64,000 bases of DNA from an uncultured delta proteobacterium (GTDB lineage Bacteria; Desulfobacterota; Desulfobaccia; Desulfobaccales; 0-14-0-80-60-11). Position numbers and translations under genes: made by a program. The DNA lies in the NCBI GenBank assembly GCA_963768765.1, contig CAVYJK010000028.1:48576-112575 (forward strand), in the 5' to 3' direction. This document shows positions 45,037 through 52,214 of this stretch, in pieces (position 1 is the stretch's first letter; every line of letters begins with the position of its first letter). The notes under the pieces are model-generated. The model did no database searches. It was not told where the DNA came from and was given only the letters and a program-made list of their open reading frames with translations.

Positions 45037-45690
45037 CTATTGCCGCGCCGGTCGCCGCAGCCAGTTGCCGTCCTCCCGGGCCGCCTCCGCCCCCGCCTTA
45101 AAGGCCTGGAGGTTGGAGTCCAGGAACTTGGGGTTGGTGCGGGTGCGAACCACCTCCAGGATGGCTTCGGCCGCCAAGGGCAGGCAACCGGTGGCCGCCA
45201 AGGCGCCCAGGAGCACCATGTTCACCGCCAAAGGGCTCCCCGCCCGGCGGGCCAGGGCCCCGGCGTCAAAGGCCAGGAGGGCCCCCACCTGCCGGGCCAG
45301 CAGCTCCATCATCGGCGCCACCGGGGGGTACTGGGCCTTACCCGTGGCCACCGGGTAGGGCACGATGGCCGCAGTATTGGCGATGACCAGGGTCCCCCGG
45401 TGGCAGCGGTCCAGGGCCCGGAAGGCCTCCAGGGCCTCAAAGCCCAGGACCACGTCGGCCTGCCCCGGGGAGACGAGGGGGCTCACCAGGTCCCCCAGCA
45501 CCACGGTGGACACCACGATGCCGCCCCGCTGGGCCATGCCGTGGGTCTCGCTCACCAGGGGGGAGAAGCCCGCGGCCAGGGCCGCCTCCCCCAGCAGACG
45601 GGACGCCAGCAGCGTCCCCTGGCCGCCCACGCCGGTGAGAAAGATGCGGAGGTTTTGGGTTTTCGGTTTTCGGTTTTCGGTGGAGGTCAT
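45037..45690 (-). CDS. iorB: Indolepyruvate:ferredoxin oxidoreductase beta subunit
   Basis: It has IFLTGVGGQGTLLASRLLGEAA and ETHGMAQRGG. The likely start ATG 45690 places a GGTTTTC-type heptamer tandem (45651-45683) inside codons 3-13 (STENRKPKTQNL). Confidence 0.85.
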   Translation of the reverse strand: MTSTENRKPKTQNLRIFLTGVGGQGTLLASRLLGEAALAAGFSPLVSETHGMAQRGGIVVSTVVLGDLVSPLVSPGQADVVLGFEALEAFRALDRCHRGTLVIANTAAIVPYPVATGKAQYPPVAPMMELLARQVGALLAFDAGALARRAGSPLAVNMVLLGALAATGCLPLAAEAILEVVRTRTNPKFLDSNLQAFKAGAEAAREDGNWLRRPARQ

Positions 45691-45787
45691 CTCTTCACCT
45701 GGCCTCGGCACAGGCGAGACGCCTGTGCTACCATTCATCTCTGGTGGGGATGTCGGGTCCATGGCCCGCCATCCCCAGCCCTTATAC

Positions 45788-45852
45788 GGGTTGGGTGGGG
45801 GGTGTGGGGGGAGGGCAGGGCCGCCGGCCCTGGCCCTCCCCCCACATCTCTC
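45788..45852. repeat. Family B G-rich hairpin element (inverted orientation) between iorA and iorB
   Basis: The sequence is gggttgggtggggggtgtGGGGGGAGGGCAGGGccgccggCCCTGGCCCTCCCCCCacatctctc. Confidence 0.8.
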
Positions 45853-47724
45853 TCACCCCCCCGCCTTCACCGGGCGGATGCAGTCGCACCACTGCACGCA
45901 GAAGGCGCAGCCGGAGCAGAGGTCCTGGTCGATGAGCATCTGGCCCGGCTCCTCGGGTTTGACGTACATGGCGGGGCAGCCGAAGTAATCCAGGCAATGG
46001 CGGCAGTCCCCGCAGGCAGCCGCCACCTGGAAGCGGGCCTGGCGCTTCTTCCCCGTGACTCGCTGAGCGTAGAGGTGGCAGGGGGCCTGGGAAATGAGCA
46101 CCCGCAGCCCGGAAGCGCTCACCGCCTCTTTGGTGGCGGCCAGGGCCTCTTTGTATTTGAAAGGGTTGATCACCCAGAGCTGTTCCACCCCCAGGGCCTT
46201 CACCACCCGGGGAATGGGGACGTGTTCCCCGGGATACCCGGGGGGCACCAGGCTCACTCCGGGGTGGGGCTGATGGCCGGTCATGGCGGTGGTGCCGTTG
46301 TCCAGGATGACCAGCAGGAAGTCGTGCTTCTGGTGCACCGCGTTGGCCAGGGCCGGCAGCCCGGAGTGGAAAAAGGTGGAGTCCCCGATGAAGGCCACCA
46401 CCTTCTGGCCGGTGGACTTGGCGATGCCGGCGCCGGTGCTGACGCTTGATCCCATGCAGATGAGAAAGTCGGCCATGGACAGCGGCGGCAACAGCCCCAG
46501 GGTGTAGCAGCCGATGTCCGTGGGAAAGATGCCTTCCAGCCCCAGGTCCTTGAGGGCGATCTTGACGGAGTAGTACATGGCCCGGTGGGGGCAGCCGGGG
46601 CAGAGATTGGGGGGCCGGTCCGGCAAAGCCCGGCCCAGCACCTCTTCCGGGGCCGGGGGCGCCGGCGGCTCATAGGGCAGACCGAAGTACCGGGCGATTT
46701 TCTCTTTCACCAGGCCGGGGTGGTATTCATACAATCGGGAAAACAGGCCCTCGGCCTTGCCCCGGATAGGCAGGGTCAGCCCCCGGGCCTGGGCGATGCC
46801 CCGGATGCCTTCTTCCAGGAAGGGCTCCAGCTCCTCCACCACCAGCACCCGTTCCAGGGGGGCCAGAAATTTGGCGATCAGGTCCTCCGGCAGGGGATGG
46901 GTGAACCCCAACTTCAAGACCCGGACTCTGTCCGCCAAACCCAGCTCCTGGACGGCATCGGCCACGTAACAGCCGGCCACGCCGCTGGTCACGATGCCCC
47001 AGGCGCCCCGGCCGCTGACCTGATTGAAGACGGACCCTTCGGACTCCACCCGGGCCTGGGTCTCGGCCAGCAGGAGCCGCACGTGGGCCTGGCGGGCCAC
47101 CGCGGGGATCATCACTTTAGTGAAAGGATCCTTCTGGAAGAAGCCCGGGCCCGGCCGGGGGGCCAGCGGCCCCAGGGTCACGGGCCCCCGGGTGTGGTTC
47201 ACCCGGGTGGTGGTCCGCAGCAGCACCGGCAGCTTGAGCGCCTCGGAGAGGCTGAAGGCGGCCAAGGTCATCTCCTTGGCTTCCTGGGGATTGGCCGGCT
47301 CCAGCAGGGGCAGTCCCGCCATCTTGGCGTAGTAGCGATTGTCCTGCTCGTTCTGGCTGGAGAACATGGAGGGGTCGTCGGCGCTGACGATGACCAGGCC
47401 GCCCTGCACTCCCACGTAGGCCAGGGTCATGAGGGCGTCGGCGGCCACGTTCAGCCCCACGTGCTTCATGGCGCACAGGGAGCGCCAACCCGAAGCCGCG
47501 GCGCCCGCGGCCACCTCCAGGGCCACCTTTTCATTCACCGAGTATTCAAAATAGAGGTCGGTCTGCCGGGAGATTTCGTAACAGCGGTCGCCGATCTCCG
47601 AGGCCGGGGTCCCCGGGTAGGTGCTGACCAGGGCGACCCCGGCTTCCAGGGCCCCCCGCACGATGGCCTCGTTGCCCAGAAACAGGCGCCGCTCCCCCGG
47701 CTGTCCTTTAAGCAGTTCCGACAT
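45853..47724 (-). CDS. iorA: Indolepyruvate:ferredoxin oxidoreductase alpha subunit
   Basis: 623 aa. It has LGNEAIVRGALEAGVALVSTYPGTPASEI, the TPP-binding GDSTFFHSG and the C-terminal ferredoxin-like CGDCRHC..C..CSGCAFCVQWC. Confidence 0.9.
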   Translation of the reverse strand: MSELLKGQPGERRLFLGNEAIVRGALEAGVALVSTYPGTPASEIGDRCYEISRQTDLYFEYSVNEKVALEVAAGAAASGWRSLCAMKHVGLNVAADALMTLAYVGVQGGLVIVSADDPSMFSSQNEQDNRYYAKMAGLPLLEPANPQEAKEMTLAAFSLSEALKLPVLLRTTTRVNHTRGPVTLGPLAPRPGPGFFQKDPFTKVMIPAVARQAHVRLLLAETQARVESEGSVFNQVSGRGAWGIVTSGVAGCYVADAVQELGLADRVRVLKLGFTHPLPEDLIAKFLAPLERVLVVEELEPFLEEGIRGIAQARGLTLPIRGKAEGLFSRLYEYHPGLVKEKIARYFGLPYEPPAPPAPEEVLGRALPDRPPNLCPGCPHRAMYYSVKIALKDLGLEGIFPTDIGCYTLGLLPPLSMADFLICMGSSVSTGAGIAKSTGQKVVAFIGDSTFFHSGLPALANAVHQKHDFLLVILDNGTTAMTGHQPHPGVSLVPPGYPGEHVPIPRVVKALGVEQLWVINPFKYKEALAATKEAVSASGLRVLISQAPCHLYAQRVTGKKRQARFQVAAACGDCRHCLDYFGCPAMYVKPEEPGQMLIDQDLCSGCAFCVQWCDCIRPVKAGG

Positions 47725-48129
47725 GGAAAATTCCCGCTACAATAAATTCAATCAAAACGTTAATTTATAACATACGGAAAGAGATAGCACCAGGGAAAAC
47801 CCGCGACCACGCGCCTTTCCCCTTGATTTATCTCGGGAATATGTCTGGGTCCGTCCTCTTAAGAGCGCCAGGTTTGCCGCTATGGTCCCCAGCCCGTTAA
47901 AACCGGATTAACGGGGGTGGAAATGATACGGCAAGATAGGCTCGTTGCGGGATCACGTACCAGGGGCGCCGCTTCTTTGCATCTTCAGCGGATAAAGCCG
48001 GCGCATCTTATTTAACTTCCCCGGTCAAAAAAGGCAAATGCTCCTTATTACAAAATTGTAACCACAGGAAGAGGGGAAAGAAAAGGCGGCGGCGGATAGC
48101 GGCGCAGCAGCAGCTGATGAGGGCAGCAA

Positions 48130-48408
48130 CTATTCGTCTAACAGGGGCGATACGAAAGTCTTGCCGGCGCGGATGGCTTCGATGGCGGAATAGAGGGCCA
48201 GATCGGCGTCCTCTTTCAGCATGTAGCCGTCGACGCCGGTGGCCAGGGTCTGACGCAGGTATTCCTTGCTACGGTGCATGCTCAAGATCAGCAGCCGAAC
48301 CCGTTCATCCCAGGCCACGGGCGCGGGAGGCCTGGATGGCAGGCGAGACTGGTTACCTGCCCGGGGGAAATCAGGTGAGGGCAAGCCTCCATCCTTCTGC
48401 CAGGCCAA
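48130..48408 (-). pseudogene. Remnant of a response-regulator receiver domain (C-terminal part only)
   Basis: RVRLLILSMHRSKEYLRQTLATGVDGYMLKEDADLALYSAIEAIRAGKTFVSPLL corresponds to beta4-alpha5 of a NarL/FixJ-type receiver. The phospho-acceptor Asp region and the output domain are both absent. Confidence 0.45.
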
Positions 48409-48450
48409 CGGAGGGGGCTTGCCCGGCGAACTTTTGGGGCCCCGGCGCAG

Positions 48451-48852
48451 CTATCTTTTCTTGCGGCCCCCCATCCACCAGGGGATATCGGACGGCGTCT
48501 GGCTGGCGGCCCTGAACTGGGCCAACTCGGCCCTCAGGCCGGCCAGGTCGGAGGCCAGCCGGCTCAACTCGGCAGACAGCCGGGCCGTCTCGGACTTCAG
48601 CCGGGCTGTTTCGGCTTTGGCGTTGGCGGCTTCATCTTTCAGGGGCCCAATCCAGCCCCGCAACTGGGCCGCCTCGGCCACCGCGGCCCTCAGCCCGGAC
48701 TCCAGTTTATCCAGACGTTCCTTGACCTCCGGCGGGAGTTCCTGAGGGCGGCCGATCCTGGGGGCCGTGAGGTCGGGAACTATGACGTCCAGGGGGCTGT
48801 CCGGTCTCACCTCGTCCAGGGGGTTTTCTCCGATGGTGCTGCGCTTCGCCAT
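48451..48852 (-). CDS. Small coiled-coil partner protein of the ParA-like ATPase (133 aa)
   Basis: The ATG at 48852 lies 1 nt after the parA-like stop codon. The N-terminus MAKRSTIGENPLDEV is basic and disordered. The central heptad-like region reads AETARLKSETARLSAELSRLASDLAGLRAELAQ, and the C-terminus reads DIPWWMGGRKKR. In the ORF track it forms the 3' part of ORF 48451..49158. Confidence 0.65.
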   Translation of the reverse strand: MAKRSTIGENPLDEVRPDSPLDVIVPDLTAPRIGRPQELPPEVKERLDKLESGLRAAVAEAAQLRGWIGPLKDEAANAKAETARLKSETARLSAELSRLASDLAGLRAELAQFRAASQTPSDIPWWMGGRKKR

Positions 48853-48853
48853 G

Positions 48854-49615
48854 TCAGCGACTCCCTTCTTGGCTGATGATCTCGTCGGCCAGGGCCCGGT
48901 AATCAGAGGCTCCGGCGCTCTTGGGGTCGTACAGGGTGATGGGCTGGCCGAAGGACGGGCATTCCGCCAGGCGGATATTTTCCCGGATGACCGTCTTATA
49001 GACCAGGTCGCCGGACCGTTGCCGCAACTGCTCCACCACTTCCCGGGCATGGCGGGTGCGGGCGTCCACCCGGCAGGCCAGGACGCCGGAGACCCGGAGT
49101 TCCGGGTTGAGGCGGTCCTTGATGATCTCCACGGTCTTAAGCAGTTGGGCCAGACCACTCAAGGCCATGACGTGAGCCTCCACCGGCACCAGGAGCTCTT
49201 TGGCCGCGGCCAGGGCGTTGACCGTGAGGACCCCCAGGGTGGGCGGGCAGTCGATGAGAATGTAATCCCAGCGGGGAGGCAGGCGTTCCAGGTTGCGGCG
49301 CAGGATGGTTTCCGCCCCCACTTCGCCGGCCAGGATCTTCTCCACTCCCACCAGCCAGGCGGAGGAGGGCACCAGGTCGACTCCGGCCACCCCGGCATCC
49401 TGGACGAAATCCGCCATGTTGCCGTTGTCCGCAAAGACGCCCAGCACGCCCTTGCCGGCGTTTTTAACGCCAAACCACGCGGTGGCGGAGTGCTGCGGGT
49501 CCAGGTCGATGAGCAGGACCCGCCGGTTCTTTTCCCCCAGGGCCGCGGCCAGGTTCACGCTGGTGGTGGTCTTGCCGCTCCCGCCTTTCTGGTTGGCAAT
49601 GGCAAAGGTTCTCAT
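48854..49615 (-). CDS. ParA/Soj-family deviant Walker-A ATPase (orphan, no ParB)
   Basis: 253 aa with FAIANQKGGSGKTTTSVNLA (KGGxxK[ST]), LLIDLDPQ and ILIDCPP. No ParB/Spo0J gene is adjacent. Confidence 0.9.
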   Translation of the reverse strand: MRTFAIANQKGGSGKTTTSVNLAAALGEKNRRVLLIDLDPQHSATAWFGVKNAGKGVLGVFADNGNMADFVQDAGVAGVDLVPSSAWLVGVEKILAGEVGAETILRRNLERLPPRWDYILIDCPPTLGVLTVNALAAAKELLVPVEAHVMALSGLAQLLKTVEIIKDRLNPELRVSGVLACRVDARTRHAREVVEQLRQRSGDLVYKTVIRENIRLAECPSFGQPITLYDPKSAGASDYRALADEIISQEGSR

Positions 49616-50307
49616 GGGTATGGCCTTCCCCCCTTGATACTTTTCAGAAGTTAAACCAGGAACATCCGGTGGAGGCGGGATCTCGGCCCCCTTGAGGGCA
49701 AGGTCCGACTACTGCCAGGTCTTCCCCCAAAACAGCAAAGCCCGAGCGCTGCCAAAACCCCCGCCAGGGGCCCCCCGGCCCTCACGGACACCGGAACACT
49801 CGGGCTTTCGTTCTTTACAGGGATTGGCCTCAAGGGCGGCTCCCGCCTCGATTTTTTCCTCTCTTCACCATGCCACAAGGGAAAAGGGATGTCAATCTCG
49901 GGAAGAGGGGCCTCTCCCCCGAGGAACCGGCGGAACCTGGCTAATATCCTTTAACGAACGCTCCGGTAGTCCTAGGCGCTGCTAAGCTACCGGAGCCAGC
50001 CGCCGGGAGTTTTGCCAGTTGCTGCCGAATCGACCTCGGATCGTAGGCCCCGGACTTCAAAATCAACCCGCTTGTTGTTGGTTCCTTCCGGGAGCCGCTG
50101 ACGATGGGATAGATGCACCGGAGCGGTACAACTCCTCGCCGGCTCCTTTGGGAGGTCTGGGGTGGGGGTGAAGGTGGGTTGTTTGCTGGATCGAGGGATA
50201 TAAGACGACCTGGGCAGGAGGCTAAGGACCTGGGAGCGCTGCAAGATGCGCCCTGCCGGTCCCGGAGTTTAACCTTTTAATGCGGTTGCCCTTTGCCGCC
50301 GCGGCCC

Positions 50308-50808
50308 TCAGCCGTCCCCTGCCGCGACCTGCTGGCCGCTCTCACACGCTCTGACAAATTCACCCGGGTCTTGAGGGCTTATGAGTATTGTTTGATTCCG
50401 GGTTTTAACCAGAACCAGGTCTTGATACCTGGAACTCGTCAGGTAGGCCCGGAAGACGCCAAAGGTTTTGTTCCAGAAGATCCCGGTGCAGGCAAACAGC
50501 CCCCCGTTTCCCCAAAGGCGGAGGCCCCAGGGGAGTCGCTGCGCCACGGTCCCGCAGCCCACGACGGGACCGAACACCCTTTCTCCCAGACGACGCCGCA
50601 CCGTCAACCGCTGGTCTGAGATTTCATAAGCGGTGGGGGCAAATAGATAGCACATAACCACTACGCCTCCCAGCAACAGGCCCCCCGCCAGAAACGCCCC
50701 GGCCACCGCGGACGCCAGGAGGAACCCGGCGGTCATGGCCAGAACCAGCCCCGTAACCACCTTGATGGCTGGACTCATGGGTGCGGTTCCCTGTGTCATC
50801 GGCGTCAT
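50308..50808 (-). CDS. Membrane-anchored bacterial PH-domain (bPH_2/YdbS-like) protein
   Basis: Two TM helices (VVTGLVLAMTAGFLLASAVAGAFLAGGLLLGGVVVMCYLF) are followed by YEISDQRLTVRR..LVLVKTRNQTILISPQDP. The likely ATG is at 50808; the track ORF extends over the upstream gene. Confidence 0.5.
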   Translation of the reverse strand: MTPMTQGTAPMSPAIKVVTGLVLAMTAGFLLASAVAGAFLAGGLLLGGVVVMCYLFAPTAYEISDQRLTVRRRLGERVFGPVVGCGTVAQRLPWGLRLWGNGGLFACTGIFWNKTFGVFRAYLTSSRYQDLVLVKTRNQTILISPQDPGEFVRACESGQQVAAGDG

Positions 50809-50911
50809 CTCTTTAGCGGCCAGGCCCTCACCGCCGGCGTTTTGGTGGTCGCCTCCCCCCGACCCTGAAGGGGCAGTTCCAGCCTCGGGTGGGGCTGGGA
50901 TTATCCCGCGG

Positions 50912-51952
50912 TCAATCTTCCTGGTCCCCCTGGCCCTCCAGCCGATGTTGCTCATACAGGGCCAGGTGTTTCCGCAGGATTTCCGGGATGGGGAGATTAT
51001 AGGGGCAGCGCTCGGCGCACTCCCCGCAATCTTCACAGAGGCGCACCGACTCCATGGTCTTGGTGGAAAATCCCGCCGCCTTGGCCGCCCCCATGCGGTG
51101 GGCCACGATGCCGTAAAGCATGGCCGGGGTGATCATCACCCCTTGGGGGCAGGGCTGGCAATACTCGCAACGCCGGCAGAAAGTATCTCCCAACTCCTCC
51201 CGGTAGCGCGCCATTTCCGCCAGGTCCGCGGCGGTGACTTCGTTGGCCGCCTCGAAGAAGTCCACCACCTCGTCCACCCGGGCCACCGAGTCCCAGCCGG
51301 GAAGGGCAATGACGTCGGGGAACTGCCGCAGGAACTTGAAGGCTACTCGGGCGTTGTCCACCAGCCCCCCACAGAAGGGCTTCATGGCCAGGAGGCCCAG
51401 TTTCCGTTCCCGGGCCAGGGGGTGCAGCTCTTGGGCCGCCCCTTCTTCGATAAAGTTGAAGGGAAACTGGATGACGCTGAACAGCCCGGTCTTAACCAGG
51501 CGCACGGCCATCTCCAGGCTGTGGGACGTGACCCCCAGGTGGCGGATCTTGCCGGCCTCTTGGGCCCGCCTGGCCCCTTCCAGGGCCCCGTCCGGGCCAG
51601 TTATGGTCTGGTAATCCGTCTCCTGGGACACCTGGTGAAACTGGAACAGGTCCAGGTAATCGGTGCGGAGCTGCTTAAGGCTCTGCTCGATGTCCGATTC
51701 CACCCCGAGCCGGTCCCGTTTGATGCTCTTGGTGGCCAGCACCACCTGGTGGCGCCGGCCCTCAAGAGCCCGTCCCATTTTGTCCTCGCTGTCCAGATAG
51801 AGGTTGGCGGTGTCGTAGAAGGTGATCCCCCGGTCGAAGGCCCGCCGCAGCACCTTCACCGCCTCCCGCCTGGACAGGCGGATGATGGGGATGCCCCCGA
51901 ACCCCACCTCCGAGACTACCAGCCCCGTCTTACCCAACTTCAGATAGCGCAT
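50912..51952 (-). CDS. Aldo/keto reductase with C-terminal Fe-S cluster-binding Cys motifs
   Basis: 346 aa. The AKR core shows GITFYDTANLY and HLGVTSH. The C-terminal part has CRRCEYCQPCPQG and CEDCGECAERCPYNLP. Confidence 0.8.
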   Translation of the reverse strand: MRYLKLGKTGLVVSEVGFGGIPIIRLSRREAVKVLRRAFDRGITFYDTANLYLDSEDKMGRALEGRRHQVVLATKSIKRDRLGVESDIEQSLKQLRTDYLDLFQFHQVSQETDYQTITGPDGALEGARRAQEAGKIRHLGVTSHSLEMAVRLVKTGLFSVIQFPFNFIEEGAAQELHPLARERKLGLLAMKPFCGGLVDNARVAFKFLRQFPDVIALPGWDSVARVDEVVDFFEAANEVTAADLAEMARYREELGDTFCRRCEYCQPCPQGVMITPAMLYGIVAHRMGAAKAAGFSTKTMESVRLCEDCGECAERCPYNLPIPEILRKHLALYEQHRLEGQGDQED

Positions 51953-52105
51953 AGCTAAGTCCTTTCGCCCGCCCCCTGGTGGATTCCACTTCTGTCGCCC
52001 AATCCACTACATAATTATAGGATAAGCCATACCAAAATCAAAATGTGCATTCCCCTAAAGATCTTCGCTTTGGTGGCCCGGCCCGGCCCCCGCCCGGCGC
52101 CGCGG

Positions 52106-52142
52106 AAAAAATTTGGGGCCAGGGGGTTGCCCCCCTGGCCCC
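52106..52142 (-). terminator. Intrinsic terminator downstream of the collagen-like gene
   Basis: A 12-bp perfect stem ggggccaggggg (52115-52126) / ccccctggcccc (52131-52142) encloses a 4-nt loop. It is followed on the minus strand by AAAUUUUUU. Confidence 0.6.
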
Positions 52143-52214
52143 AGTTGCTTGGCCAGGTAAACCTGGTCCAGCGCCCCGGGTTGCGGTCAATCCCCGGGGC
52201 GCCCGGTCAACCGA

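Noticed and set aside
49668-50051. Possible tmRNA (ssrA) on the minus strand. The features are a 5' GGGGCC, a 3' ...CGCCUCC-A-CC with a potential G3:U pair, a length of ~384 nt, and an internal ORF ending ..RRLAPVA-UAG
   Set aside because: The acceptor stem pairs at only 5 of 7 positions. No canonical T-arm (GGUUCGAnUCC-type) precedes the 3' end. The candidate tag starts only ~30 nt from the 5' end, leaving no room for PK1. Given the indel-prone sequence this deserves an ARAGORN/Infernal check, but I cannot support it.
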